Shown here: piece after piece, positions 11,693-21,620 of the stretch
Layout of the letters: every line of letters starts with the position of its first letter
Position numbering within the stretch: the first letter of the stretch is position 1
Origin: Actinomycetota bacterium
GTDB taxonomy: Bacteria > Actinomycetota > Acidimicrobiia > Acidimicrobiales > AC-35
Direction of reading: 5' to 3'
Assembly: GCA_005884125.1 (NCBI GenBank)
Contig: VAXP01000119.1
Span: 18,788 to 81,690 of the forward strand
DNA length: 62,903 nucleotides
Notes under the pieces: model-generated
What the model saw: the letters and a program-made list of their open reading frames with translations, nothing else
What the model was told of the DNA's origin: nothing
The model's database searches: none
Program-made: the position numbers and the translations under genes

Positions 11693-14600
11693 CTACGCGG
11701 GGACCAGCCGCCCCAGCAGGTCGCTCAGGGCGTCGGCGGGGTCGGCCCCCCGGGGCAGGGGCACCACCACCTGGGCCTGTTCCTCCTTGTACAGGGCCCT
11801 GGGCCACAGCCGCTGGAGACGGATGCGGGCGCTGGCCGCCAGGGCCAGGGGAGACAGCCGGGCCGTCCCCCCGGCCGTGGCCGCCGACCCCGGACCGGCG
11901 GCGGTGCGGGACCCCACGACCGTCACCTCCCGCACCCCGGTGCGGGCGCAGGCGGCCCGCAGGCGCCCGACCCGCAGCAGGGCCTCGGCGGGAGGGGGCA
12001 GGGGCCCGTAGCGGTCGACCCACTCGTCGCGGATGTCGTCCACCTCGGCCTGGGAGGTCACCGCGGCCAGGCGCCGGTAGGCCTCCAGGCGCAGGTCCTC
12101 CCGGGCCACGTACTCGCGGGGCAGGTGGGCCTCGATGGGGAGGTCGAGCTTGATCTCGGCCGGCTGGCGGGGCTCCTCGCCCTTCAGCTCGGCCACCGCC
12201 TCGCTGACCATCCTGACGTACAGGTCGTAGCCGACGGCCGCGATGTGGCCCGACTGGTCGGCGCCCAGCAGGTTGCCCGCACCCCTGATCTCGAGGTCGC
12301 GCATGGCGATCTTGAAGCCCGAGCCCAGCTCGGTGTGCTCCCCGATCGTGCGCAGGCGCTCATAGGCCTCTTCCGTCAGGGAGCGCTCGGGCGGGAAGAA
12401 CAGATAGGCGTAGGCGCGCTGGCCGGCCCTGCCCACCCGGCCCCGCAGCTGGTGGAGCTGGCCCAGGCCCAGCAGGTCGGCGCGGTCGACGACCAGGGTG
12501 TTCACGGTGGGCATGTCGATGCCCGACTCGATGATGGTCGTACACACGAGAACGTCGTAGGCGCCCTCCCAGAAGTCGAGGACGACCCTCTCGAGGGTGC
12601 CCTCGTCCATCTGTCCGTGGGCCACGGCGATGCGGGCCTCGGGGACGAGCTCGCGCAGGCGGGACGCCACGTGCTCGATGTCGAGGACGCGGTTGTGCAC
12701 GAAGAAGACCTGTCCCTCCCGCAGCAGCTCGCGTCGCAGGGCCTCGCTCACGGCCCGTTCGTCGAACTCGCCGACGTAGGTGAGGATGGGCTGGCGCTCG
12801 GCCGGCGGGGTGTTGAGCAGGGTCAGGTCGCGAATGCCGGTGAGGCTCATCTCCAGGGTGCGGGGTATGGGCGTGGCCGTGAGGGTGAGGACGTCGACGT
12901 CGGTGCGCAGCCTCTTGATGGCCTCCTTGTGGGTGACGCCGAAGCGCTGCTCCTCGTCCACGACCAACAGGCCCAGGTCCTTGAAGCGCACGTCGCCCGA
13001 GAGCAGCCGGTGGGTGCCGATCACCACGTCGACCGAGCCGTCGGTCAGACCGGCGGCCACCCGCGTCGCCTGTGCGGGCGTCAGGAAGCGGGAGAGGACC
13101 TCGACCCGCACGGGGAAGCCGGCCATGCGGTCGGAGAAGGTCTGGAAGTGCTGCTGGGCCAGGAGCGTGGTGGGCACCAGCACGGCCGCCTGCTTGCCGT
13201 CCTGCACGGCCTTGAAGACGGCGCGGATGGCCACCTCGGTCTTGCCGAAGCCCACGTCGCCGCACACCAGGCGGTCCATGGGCACGGCCTCTTCCATGTC
13301 GCCCTTGACCTCCACGATGGCCTTGAGCTGGTCGGGCGTCTCCGTGAAGGGGAAGGCCTCCTCCACCTCCCGCTGCCAGGGGGTGTCGGGGGCGAAGGCG
13401 TGCCCGGGGGTGGTCACCCGGCGGCGATAGAGGACGACCAGCTCCTGGGCGATCTCCCGCACGGCCGCCCGCACCCGGGCCTTGGTCCGCTGCCAGTCCG
13501 ACCCGCCCAGGCGGTGGACGCTGGGCGTCTCGCCTCCGGTATAGGGCTGGATGGCGTCGATCTGGTCGGAGGGGACGTAGAGCTTGTCCCCCCCGCGGTA
13601 CTCGAGCAGGAGGTAGTCGCGCTCGGAGCCGGCGATGGCCCTGGTCACCATGCCGCCGTAGCGGGCCACTCCGTGCTGATGGTGCACGACGAAGTCCCCG
13701 GGCTTGAGGTCGTCGAAGAAGCCCTCGGTGAGCCGGGCCCGGGCCCGGGCCCGGCGGTGGGCCCGCCGGCGCCCGGTGAGGTCGCCCTCGGCCAGGACGG
13801 CCAGCTTGAGGGTGGGAAGCACGAAGCCCCGCTCTAGAGGCTGGACCACGACCCGGGCCCCGGGGGCGGAGAGGTCGACCTCATCGCCGCCGTCGCCCGT
13901 GGTGGCCTCGGTGACCGCGTGCAGGCTCAGCCCCTCCTCGCCCAGCACGGCCGCCAGCCGCGCCGCGCTGCCGGCCCCGTCGGCGCACACCGTCACCCTG
14001 TAGCCGTCCGCCACCAGCTCGCCCAGCTGCTTGGCCAGGCGGGCGGCGTCGCCCACGACCGGGTCCCAGCCGTGGGCCGGGATGGACGCTCCTTGCGGTC
14101 CCTCGGGGGTGGCCGTGACCGACCAGGCCGGCGCGGTGGTGTGGGCCAGGAGCCGGTCGAAGGGGAGGTGGAGGCGGGGGAAGCCGGGAGCCGACCCGGG
14201 GCGGTCGGCTCCCCACGTCTGGGCCAGGGTGGCGGCCAGAGCCGCTTCCTCGTCCAGGAGGTCGGCGGCCCGGTCTCGCATGCGCCGGGGATCGAAGAGG
14301 AGCAGCTGGGCCTTCGGCCCCAGCAGGTCGGGGAGCACGTGCTCGGCCTCGGTGAGCCAGGGCAGCCACGACTCCATGCCGTCGAAGACCAGACCCTCGG
14401 CCAGCCTCTCCCACTGCTCCCGGCCCCAGGGCTCGGCCCCGACGAGCCGGGCGGCCCGCTCCCGCACCTCCTCGGTGGGGAGCAGCTCCCGGCAGCCGAA
14501 GACCTCCACGTGGTCGAGGTCGCCGGTCGAGCGCTGGTCGTTGAGGTCGAAGGTGGTGAGGCGGTCGACCTCGTCGCCCCACATGTCGACCCGCACGGGG

Positions 14601-15196
14601 GCGTCGGCGGTGGACGGGAAGACGTCGACGATCCCGCCTCTGACCGCCACCTCACCGCGGTGCTCCACCTGGTACTCCCGGCGGTAGCCGAGGACCACCA
14701 GCCTGGCCACCAGGTCGGCCGGATCGAGCACGTCCCCCCGTCTGATCACGACGGGCCCGACGTCCTCCACGTGCGGCCCCAGCCGCTGCACCATGGCCTT
14801 GACCGATGCCACCAGCACCCGCGGGGCCCTCTCCGGCTCCTTGAGGCGCCACATGGCCCGCAGACGGCGGCCCATGGTCTCGGCGCTGGGGCTCACCCGC
14901 TCGAAGGGCAGGGTCTCCCACGCCGGGAAGGTGTCCACCGCATCCTCGCCCAGGAACGCGGTCAGGTCATGGGCCAACCGCTCGGCGTCGGAGGCCGTGG
15001 GCGTGACGATGACGACCGGGTGGCGAGCGGACAGCTGCGTGAGCCCGGCGGCCACGAAGGCGCGGGCCGCGTCGGGGATGGCCACCACCGCGCTCGACCG
15101 CCCGGCCAGGCCGACCAGGGTGTCGTCTCCCCGCAGCAGCCTGGGGAGCGAGCTGAGCGGCGCCGGCGCCGGTTCCTCGGGCTGGGGCTCGCTCAC
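11693..15196 (-). CDS. mfd: Transcription-repair coupling factor Mfd
   Basis: 1167 aa. Helicase motifs [36 protein letters not shown], plus the CarD-like segment [13 protein letters not shown]. Confidence 0.97.
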   Translation of the reverse strand: MSEPQPEEPAPAPLSSLPRLLRGDDTLVGLAGRSSAVVAIPDAARAFVAAGLTQLSARHPVVIVTPTASDAERLAHDLTAFLGEDAVDTFPAWETLPFERVSPSAETMGRRLRAMWRLKEPERAPRVLVASVKAMVQRLGPHVEDVGPVVIRRGDVLDPADLVARLVVLGYRREYQVEHRGEVAVRGGIVDVFPSTADAPVRVDMWGDEVDRLTTFDLNDQRSTGDLDHVEVFGCRELLPTEEVRERAARLVGAEPWGREQWERLAEGLVFDGMESWLPWLTEAEHVLPDLLGPKAQLLLFDPRRMRDRAADLLDEEAALAATLAQTWGADRPGSAPGFPRLHLPFDRLLAHTTAPAWSVTATPEGPQGASIPAHGWDPVVGDAARLAKQLGELVADGYRVTVCADGAGSAARLAAVLGEEGLSLHAVTEATTGDGGDEVDLSAPGARVVVQPLERGFVLPTLKLAVLAEGDLTGRRRAHRRARARARLTEGFFDDLKPGDFVVHHQHGVARYGGMVTRAIAGSERDYLLLEYRGGDKLYVPSDQIDAIQPYTGGETPSVHRLGGSDWQRTKARVRAAVREIAQELVVLYRRRVTTPGHAFAPDTPWQREVEEAFPFTETPDQLKAIVEVKGDMEEAVPMDRLVCGDVGFGKTEVAIRAVFKAVQDGKQAAVLVPTTLLAQQHFQTFSDRMAGFPVRVEVLSRFLTPAQATRVAAGLTDGSVDVVIGTHRLLSGDVRFKDLGLLVVDEEQRFGVTHKEAIKRLRTDVDVLTLTATPIPRTLEMSLTGIRDLTLLNTPPAERQPILTYVGEFDERAVSEALRRELLREGQVFFVHNRVLDIEHVASRLRELVPEARIAVAHGQMDEGTLERVVLDFWEGAYDVLVCTTIIESGIDMPTVNTLVVDRADLLGLGQLHQLRGRVGRAGQRAYAYLFFPPERSLTEEAYERLRTIGEHTELGSGFKIAMRDLEIRGAGNLLGADQSGHIAAVGYDLYVRMVSEAVAELKGEEPRQPAEIKLDLPIEAHLPREYVAREDLRLEAYRRLAAVTSQAEVDDIRDEWVDRYGPLPPPAEALLRVGRLRAACARTGVREVTVVGSRTAAGPGSAATAGGTARLSPLALAASARIRLQRLWPRALYKEEQAQVVVPLPRGADPADALSDLLGRLVPA

Positions 15197-15278
15197 CGGT
15201 TCAGGCTAGGCGCGGCCCCGTCCCGCCTGACACGGCGGCGGACCGGCGGACGCGACCACGGCTCGCCGGGCACACGCC

Positions 15279-16460
15279 TCAGATGGCGGGGGGCTCGTCC
15301 ACCGGAGTGCTGAAGGAGAAGCCCCGCGCCTTGAGCTGGTCGATGAGCGGGCGCAGCATGGCCACCGTCTGGGAGCGGTCGCCACCCCCGTCGTGCATGA
15401 GGATCACCGAGCCGGGCCGGACGCGATCGAGGATGCGCTGGAGGATGACGGGCGCGGGAGGACGCTCGTAGTCGTGGGGGTCCACGTCCCACAGCAGCAC
15501 GCGCAGGCCCCGCTCGTGGGCGACGCTGATGACATCGGGCGACAGGGAGCCGCCCGGGGGTCGGTAGAGCTGGGGGCTCTCCTGGAGGACGTCCTGGAGC
15601 TTGTCCGCCTGTCCGAATATCTCGTCGTGGATCTGGGAGCGGGGCCGCGACGCCAGGGTGACGATGTGGTGCAGCGTGTGGTCACAGGCGGCGTTGCCCC
15701 TCTGGCGCTCCAGCTTGACCAGGCCCGGGTAGTGCTGGGTGGCGTAGCCGACCGTGCAGAAGGTGCCCTTCACGCCTTCGTCGAGGAGGATCTGCAGCAC
15801 CTGGGGGGTCCACTGGGGGCTGGGCCCGTCGTCGAAGGTGAGGGCGACGACGTTGGCTCTCTCGGGGGCGGCGGGCGTCGGAGCCGAGATCCGGGAGCTG
15901 GTGACGACCTCTCCGCTCACGCTGCCGACCTCGCTGTCGGCCACCCCGGCGTGGCCCGGGCGCCACAGCGTCCGCTCGACGGGCGGAAGCCCCCCGGGGG
16001 AGATGGGGGTCTGGCGGGCCTCGACGGGCTCGACGGCGTCGACCCCGTCGACCAGCGCTATGCCGTCGCCCGACTCGATGTCGGTGGCCTGCACCGCCGG
16101 GTGTCCGTTCAGCAGCACCAGGGTCGGATCGTGGTGGGGGTCGAGCACCTGGTGGGTGACGGCCGACAGCAGGGCCCCGTCGTGTGTGCCCATGCGGGCC
16201 GCCCTCAGCGCGTCGGACACCGTGGGGTGGCTGTGGCGCACGCGGACCAGGGTCCCCGCCACCGTCACCAGGATCGTGCCCGGAGGGCGCGATGCCAGGG
16301 TGGTGAGGGCCAACCCCAGCAACACGACGACGGCGAAGGCGGCCACCCGCCGGCTGCGGCGGAGCCGGCGGCGGCGACGGAGGCCGCGGGTGCGAGCGAG
16401 ACGGCGGAGACGGGCCGGGCGGCGAAGGTCGGCCTCGGCCTGCTCGTCCGCGGGGGTCAT
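15279..16460 (-). CDS. Membrane-anchored polysaccharide deacetylase (NodB homology domain)
   Basis: Arg-rich N-terminus plus TM (AAFAVVVLLGLALTTLA). NodB motifs VVALTFDDGP and CDHTLHH, then ILMHDGGGDRSQT. Start set at ATG 16460, overlapping the pth TGA (ATGA). Confidence 0.85.
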   Translation of the reverse strand: MTPADEQAEADLRRPARLRRLARTRGLRRRRRLRRSRRVAAFAVVVLLGLALTTLASRPPGTILVTVAGTLVRVRHSHPTVSDALRAARMGTHDGALLSAVTHQVLDPHHDPTLVLLNGHPAVQATDIESGDGIALVDGVDAVEPVEARQTPISPGGLPPVERTLWRPGHAGVADSEVGSVSGEVVTSSRISAPTPAAPERANVVALTFDDGPSPQWTPQVLQILLDEGVKGTFCTVGYATQHYPGLVKLERQRGNAACDHTLHHIVTLASRPRSQIHDEIFGQADKLQDVLQESPQLYRPPGGSLSPDVISVAHERGLRVLLWDVDPHDYERPPAPVILQRILDRVRPGSVILMHDGGGDRSQTVAMLRPLIDQLKARGFSFSTPVDEPPAI

Positions 16461-17041
16461 CCGGGCTCGGTGGCGTTGAAGCGGTTCATGGCCGCCTGAG
16501 GTCCCTGGCACAGGAGGACCTCGACTGCATCGGCCGCCTCCTCCACGACGACCTCAAGCTCCTTGCGCTCCGACTTGGACGGGGGGCCCAGGACGTGTCC
16601 GGCGCCCTGCTTGCGACCGGGCGGCTTGCCCACCCCGATGCGGACGCGGGCGAAGTCCGGGCTGTGCACGTGGGCCTGGATGGAACGCAGGCCGTTGTGC
16701 CCGGCCGTGCCCCCGCCCATCTTCACCCTGAGCCGGCCCACGGGCAGGTCGAGCTCGTCGTGCACCACGACCAGCCGGCCCAGGTCCTCGATCCCGAAGC
16801 GGCGCACCAAGCGGGCCACGGCCAGGCCCGACTCGTTGACGTAGGTCTGGGGGAAGGCCAGGGCCAGCCGGCGGACACCGTCGCAGTCGACCTTCACCTC
16901 GTCGGTCAGGGCCCGCTCCGGCCGCGAGCGCCTCAGCCGGCCGCCGTGGCGCTCGGCCAGACGAGCGACGACCTCGGCGCCCAGGTTGTGCCGCGTCCGC
17001 TCGTACTCGGCGCCCGGGTTCCCCAGGCCGACGGCGAGCAG
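16457..17041 (-). CDS. pth: Peptidyl-tRNA hydrolase
   Basis: LLAVGLGNPGAEYERTRHNLG (catalytic His region) ...QTYVNESG...HDELDLPVGRLRVKMGGGTAGHNGLRS. The conserved N-terminus lies upstream of the first ATG/GTG (16897). Start provisionally placed at CTG 17041; the start is uncertain. Confidence 0.85.
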   Translation of the reverse strand: MLAVGLGNPGAEYERTRHNLGAEVVARLAERHGGRLRRSRPERALTDEVKVDCDGVRRLALAFPQTYVNESGLAVARLVRRFGIEDLGRLVVVHDELDLPVGRLRVKMGGGTAGHNGLRSIQAHVHSPDFARVRIGVGKPPGRKQGAGHVLGPPSKSERKELEVVVEEAADAVEVLLCQGPQAAMNRFNATEPG

Positions 17042-17076
17042 GTGGGCAGCCGAACCGGTCCGGTGCCCGAGCAGCG

Positions 17077-17811
17077 CTAGCCCCCGGTCTCCCCGCTGTC
17101 GCCGGACCCACCGGCCGCACCTTCGGGCGAGGGCGCGGCGCCCTCGGCCGGAGCCTCGGCCCCCTCCACCCCGGCCTCGGCCTCGGCTTCGGCTATGGCC
17201 GCGGCCTCGGCCGCGGCGGCCGCCTCTGCCTCGGTGACCAGGTCGGCCGCCTTCACCTGGGGCGGCTGCCCCGCCACTATGGCGGTGTCGGGGTCGACGT
17301 CGGTGGTCACGCCTTCGGGGAGGGGCACGTCGCCCACCCGGATGGTGTCGCCGATGGCCAGCCCGGAGATGTCGACCTCCAGGTGGGTGGGGATCCGGGC
17401 CGGGGTCGCCTTCACCGACAGACCGTGCAGCTGCTGGTCGACCACGCCGTCGCCCTGGTGCACCTGGATCGCCTCGCCCACGACGGTCAGGGGGACGTCG
17501 ACGGTGACGATCTCGTCCCTGCGCACGATCACGAAGTCGACGTGCCTGACCGTTCCCCGCACCGGGTCGCGTTGCAGCTCGCGGGCCATGGCCAGGTGCG
17601 AGGTGCCGTCCACCTTGAGGGCGAGCAGGGCGTTGAGACCGGCGTCGGTGGTCAGGGCGGACCGCAGCTCACGGCCGTCCACCGCTATGGGCTGGGCCTC
17701 GACCCCGTGGCCGTACAGGACGGCGGGGACCTTGCCCGCGGCCCGTAGGCGGCGGGCGGGGCGGCTGCCGGTCGGGCGACCGGCCTGGGCCGTGAGGGCT
17801 ATCTCGGGCAT
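17077..17811 (-). CDS. rplY: 50S ribosomal protein L25 / general stress protein Ctc
   Basis: RRLRAAGKVPAVLYGHG...ELQRDPVRGTVRHVDF, followed by an acidic Ala/Glu-rich tail. Position prs-rplY-pth is conserved. Confidence 0.92.
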   Translation of the reverse strand: MPEIALTAQAGRPTGSRPARRLRAAGKVPAVLYGHGVEAQPIAVDGRELRSALTTDAGLNALLALKVDGTSHLAMARELQRDPVRGTVRHVDFVIVRRDEIVTVDVPLTVVGEAIQVHQGDGVVDQQLHGLSVKATPARIPTHLEVDISGLAIGDTIRVGDVPLPEGVTTDVDPDTAIVAGQPPQVKAADLVTEAEAAAAAEAAAIAEAEAEAGVEGAEAPAEGAAPSPEGAAGGSGDSGETGG

Positions 17812-17857
17812 CGCTGGAGTGCTCCACCACTGCGAACGGAGGGTGCAGCATAGCGAG

Positions 17858-18841
17858 TCAGGCCTGGTTCTCGCCCCCGAAGATCTCCGATACGGACGTG
17901 TCCTCGAACACGGCGTCGATGGCGTTGGCGATGATGGGAGCCACCGAGAGCACCTCCAGCTTGTCGATCAGGCGCTCGGGCGGCAGCGGAAGGGTGTTGG
18001 TGATCACCACCCGGGAGATGCAGGAGTTCTTGAGCCTGTCCGTGGCCGGGTCGGAGAGAACCCCGTGGGTGGCCATGGCCCAGACCTCGGTGGCCCCGGC
18101 GGCGACCAGGAGGTCGGCGGCGGCGCATACCGTCCCGGCCGTGTCGATCATGTCGTCGACCACGATGCAGCGCCTGCCCTCCACCGCGCCGACCACGTCC
18201 CGGGCCTGGACCTGACCGGGGGCCTCCTTGGGGCGGCGCTTGTGCACGATGGCCAGGTCGGCGTGCAGGGTCTGGGTGAAGCGTTCGGCCACCCGCACCC
18301 GCCCCGCGTCGGGCGCCACGATCACCGAGTCGGCTCCGCCCTGCTGGCGCAGGTAGTCGATCAGGACGGGCATGGCCAGGAGGTGGTCCACGGGGCCGTC
18401 GAAGAAGCCCTGGATCTGACCGGAGTGGAGGTCGACGCTCATGATGCGGTTGGCCCCGGCCACCCGCAGCATGTCGGCGACGAGCTTGGCCGTGATGGGT
18501 TCCCGGCCCCACACCTTGCGGTCCTGGCGCGAGTATCCGTAGTAGGGGCACACCGCGGTGATGCGCTTGGCCGAGGCCCGCTTGGCCGCGTCGATCATGA
18601 TGAGCTGCTCCATGATCGAGTCGTTCACCGGCTCGCCGTGGGTCTGGAGGATGAACACGTCCGTGCCCCGCACGGAGTCGCCGAAGCGGCAGTGGATCTC
18701 GCCGTTGGGGAAGTTCTTGAGGTTGGCCTCCTGGAGCGCGACTCCGAGGTGGTCGGCGATCTCCTGCGCCAGCTCCGGATGCGACCGGCCGGCGTAGAGC
18801 TCCAGGCGCTTGGTCGGTACGAGCTCCATCGTCGTCGCCAC
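17858..18841 (-). CDS. prs: Ribose-phosphate pyrophosphokinase
   Basis: ITAVCPYYGYSRQDRK, VIVAPDAGRVRVAERF, CIVVDDMIDTAGT (PRPP-binding loop). Confidence 0.96.
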   Translation of the reverse strand: MATTMELVPTKRLELYAGRSHPELAQEIADHLGVALQEANLKNFPNGEIHCRFGDSVRGTDVFILQTHGEPVNDSIMEQLIMIDAAKRASAKRITAVCPYYGYSRQDRKVWGREPITAKLVADMLRVAGANRIMSVDLHSGQIQGFFDGPVDHLLAMPVLIDYLRQQGGADSVIVAPDAGRVRVAERFTQTLHADLAIVHKRRPKEAPGQVQARDVVGAVEGRRCIVVDDMIDTAGTVCAAADLLVAAGATEVWAMATHGVLSDPATDRLKNSCISRVVITNTLPLPPERLIDKLEVLSVAPIIANAIDAVFEDTSVSEIFGGENQA

Positions 18842-18847
18842 CTGAGC

Positions 18848-19966
18848 CTACTCGCCGTCGTCGGCGACGGCGCGGAAGAATGGACCCGTCACGGTGCCGT
18901 CGGCCACCCTGCTGCCGGGCTCGAGCACGGCGTAGGGGCCCACCCGCGCGTTGGTGCCGACCTCGGCTTCGCGACCCACCGCCTGCTCCACCACCGCGCC
19001 CTCCCCCACGACGCAGTCCACCAGCCGCGTGTCCGGACCCACTCGGGCGCCCGGTCCGACCACGGTCGAGCCGTGCAGGAGCGTTCCCGGGAAGATTGTG
19101 ACGTCGGGAGCGAGCTCGACGGAGGCGTCGATGTAGGTGCGCTCGGGATCGAGCATGGTGACGCCCCGGCGCATCCAGCGCTCGTTGGTGCGGTCCCGGA
19201 GCTCGGCCTCGGCCACGGCCAGCTGGGCCCGGTCGTTGACGCCGGCCGCCTCCATGGCGTCGGGGGCGACCACGCTCACCACGTTGTAGCCGGCGTCGTA
19301 GAGCACGCCGATGGCGTCGGTCAGGTAGTACTCCCCCTGGGCGTTCTCGGGCACGAGCCGGCGCAGGGCGGGGGCGAGCACGCTCTTGCGGAAGCAGTAG
19401 ATGGAGGTGCACACCTCGGTGATCTGACGCTCCTCCTCGGTGGCGTCGGCCTCCTCCACGATGCGGGCCACCCGATCGTCCTTGCCCCGCACCACCCGGC
19501 CGTAGCCCCGGGGCACCTCCAGCACAGCGGTGAGGAGCGTGGCCGCGGCGTCCGAGCTGCGGTGGGTGCGCACCAGGGCAGCCACGGTGGCGGGCCGGAG
19601 CAGCGGGGTGTCGCCCGGGAGCACGATCAGGTCGCCGTCCTCCAGGTCCTCGTCCACGTCGAAGGACGCGGGGAACCCCGTCAGCGCCACCGATACGGCA
19701 TCGCCGGTGCCCCGCTGGACGTGCTGCTCGACGAACTCGATGGCCAGCTTGGGCGGGGCCATCTCCTGCATGGTCTTGACCACGCTCTCGCCGCCGTGGC
19801 CGATGACGACCACCACCCTGTCGACGGGCAGCTCGGCCAGGGCGTCGAGCACGTGGAGCACCATGGGCCGCCCGCACAGGAGGTGAAGGGGCTTGGGGCG
19901 GCTCGAACGCATGCGCGTCCCCTCGCCGGCGGCCAGGACCACGGCGGAGAGCGGGCGGTAGCTCAT
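18848..19966 (-). CDS. glmU: GlmU-like N-acetylglucosamine-1-phosphate uridylyltransferase with a truncated left-handed beta-helix (acetyltransferase active-site region missing)
   Basis: N-terminus AVVLAAGEGTRMRSSRPKPLHLLCGRPMV matches the GlmU signature. The protein is only 372 aa and ends inside the LbH repeats (VGPYAVLEPGSRVADGTVTGPFF*), 6 nt before prs. Confidence 0.8.
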   Translation of the reverse strand: MSYRPLSAVVLAAGEGTRMRSSRPKPLHLLCGRPMVLHVLDALAELPVDRVVVVIGHGGESVVKTMQEMAPPKLAIEFVEQHVQRGTGDAVSVALTGFPASFDVDEDLEDGDLIVLPGDTPLLRPATVAALVRTHRSSDAAATLLTAVLEVPRGYGRVVRGKDDRVARIVEEADATEEERQITEVCTSIYCFRKSVLAPALRRLVPENAQGEYYLTDAIGVLYDAGYNVVSVVAPDAMEAAGVNDRAQLAVAEAELRDRTNERWMRRGVTMLDPERTYIDASVELAPDVTIFPGTLLHGSTVVGPGARVGPDTRLVDCVVGEGAVVEQAVGREAEVGTNARVGPYAVLEPGSRVADGTVTGPFFRAVADDGE

Positions 19967-20015
19967 GCAGTGATTGTCTACCCCCAGCGGCCCCGGTTGG
20001 GGTATCGCAGGTCGC

Positions 20016-21323
20016 TCAGCGGCAAAGCTCCTGGAAGAGGCGGTAGCGGGCCTGCACGGGACCGGTCCAGCGGGGGTCGGGCTCGACGGCGCGGGCGCTG
20101 CGGGCCCACCGGGCGGCGTCCGCGGTGGAGGCCTCCAGACCCGCGGCCATCCGGGCCAGGAAGGCCGCGCCCAGGGCCGCTCCTTGGGGCACGGCCACCA
20201 CCTGGCAGGGAAGGGCGACGGCGTCGGCCAGCGCCTGCACCCATTCCCCGACCGCGGTACCGCCCCCGGTGACGATCACCCGGCGGGGGGGCACTCCCGT
20301 AAGGTCGATGAGGCGGCGGGCCACGAAGCCCGACGCCTCGTAAGCCGCCCGGCGGGCCGCGGCCGGGCCGTGACTGAGGTCGAGGCCATGGAGGGCGGCC
20401 CGGGGCGAGGCGTCGTGCACGGGGGCCCGCTCCCCCCGCGGCCAGGGCGCCCACACGGGAACGGCGTCGGGGTCGACCTCGCCCCGGGGGCGGCCCAGCA
20501 GGCGGGTGGCCCAGTCGAGGAACAGGCCCCCGGCGTTGCTGGGCCCGCCCACGAGCGTCCTTCCCGTCGCACCCACGTGCGGGAAGGTGTCGAGGCCGGC
20601 GACCTCGCGCCAGTCGGTGTCGACGGCCCACACGATGAGGGTGGTGCCCAGGAGCACGAGCACGTCGCCCACCTCGGTGGCGCCCGCCACCAACAGCTCG
20701 GCCATGGCATCGACCCCGCCGGCGTCCAGCACGGCGTCGCCCACCCGTCCCACGGCCTCGCCCATCCCGGCCACGCGCGGGAGCTGGCCGATGGTGGCTC
20801 CGGCCTCGGCCACCACCTCGGTGTCCCACGTCCATGTGTCGGTGCTGAACACGGGGCTGGACGAGGCGGCCACACCGGTGTCGACGACGGCCTCGCCGGA
20901 GAGAGAGTGGTTGGCGACGGCCTGAGCGGGCCAGTACCCGTGGGCGCCCGGAGAGGCGGCCGCGGTCCAGCGCAGGAACCCGTCGGCGTCGTGACGGGCC
21001 CCGCCGTGACGGCCGCGGCCGTCGCCGTAGAGCAGACCGGGCGTGCGGGGCCGGCCCCGCCCGTCCACGGCCGTGAGCGACGGCACCATCCCCACCACGC
21101 TCACCCCCCTGACACGGGGCTGGTCCAGGGCGGCCAGGGCCCGTAGCGGAGCTCGGCGCCACACCTTGTCGGCATCGTGCTCCAGGCGGTCGGGCGCGGG
21201 CACCAGCGTCCGGTGGGGCATGCGCAGCGATGCCACCACCCTCCCGTCCCCGTCGGCGGCGACGGCCTTCACCGAGGTGGTGCCCATGTCGATCCCGACC
21301 GTGACGTCGACCACCCGCCTCAC
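20016..21323 (-). CDS. FGGY-family carbohydrate kinase (xylulokinase-like)
   Basis: VGIDMGTTSVKAVAADGDG N-terminal actin-fold motif; C-terminal RVIVTGGGTAVGEWVQALADAVALP. Confidence 0.85.
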   Translation of the reverse strand: MRRVVDVTVGIDMGTTSVKAVAADGDGRVVASLRMPHRTLVPAPDRLEHDADKVWRRAPLRALAALDQPRVRGVSVVGMVPSLTAVDGRGRPRTPGLLYGDGRGRHGGARHDADGFLRWTAAASPGAHGYWPAQAVANHSLSGEAVVDTGVAASSSPVFSTDTWTWDTEVVAEAGATIGQLPRVAGMGEAVGRVGDAVLDAGGVDAMAELLVAGATEVGDVLVLLGTTLIVWAVDTDWREVAGLDTFPHVGATGRTLVGGPSNAGGLFLDWATRLLGRPRGEVDPDAVPVWAPWPRGERAPVHDASPRAALHGLDLSHGPAAARRAAYEASGFVARRLIDLTGVPPRRVIVTGGGTAVGEWVQALADAVALPCQVVAVPQGAALGAAFLARMAAGLEASTADAARWARSARAVEPDPRWTGPVQARYRLFQELCR

Positions 21324-21440
21324 CCACCCATGAGGGCGATGTGACTGTCGCTCGCTCGCACGCCTCTAGCATTGCTCGCCCATGCAGCAGGCAGCCGTGC
21401 GTCTCCTGTCCTGAGCAGCGTCGGCGGCGGCGAGGCGCTG

Positions 21441-21511
21441 TTCGGGGGCTCCGGGTCGAACGGAGATTCACGGCTCCAAAGGCCGTTGTCCTGCCATTGG
21501 ACGACCCCCGA
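21441..21511 (-). tRNA. tRNA-Gln (anticodon UUG), CCA not encoded
   Basis: Folded by hand: acceptor TCGGGGG/CCCCCGA, D arm GTCC-AATGGCA-GGAC, anticodon arm ACGGC-CTTTGGA-GCCGT, variable GAAT, T arm CTCCG-TTCGACC-CGGAG, discriminator A, followed by CAG. 71 nt. Confidence 0.9.
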
Positions 21512-21620
21512 CCGTCACCCGCCCGAGCACGGTCCGGGCCTGCGACGGGGCTCAGGCTACCCATCGCCCCCCGCCCGCTTTCCGCCCGGAGGCCACGTCC
21601 CGACTAGCCTCACCGGCGCC

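Noticed and set aside
21452-21468. A plus-strand reading of the T-arm-like hairpin CTCCG-GGTCGAA-CGGAG as a plus-strand tRNA.
   Set aside because: The loop does not fit TTCRANN on the plus strand, and no matching acceptor stem exists upstream. The minus-strand reading gives a complete cloverleaf.
21324-21620. A genomic island or integrase next to tRNA-Gln.
   Set aside because: Both flanks are conserved housekeeping genes (FGGY kinase/glmU operon; bS22, ispE). No integrase, no transposase and no direct repeat of the tRNA 3' end was seen.
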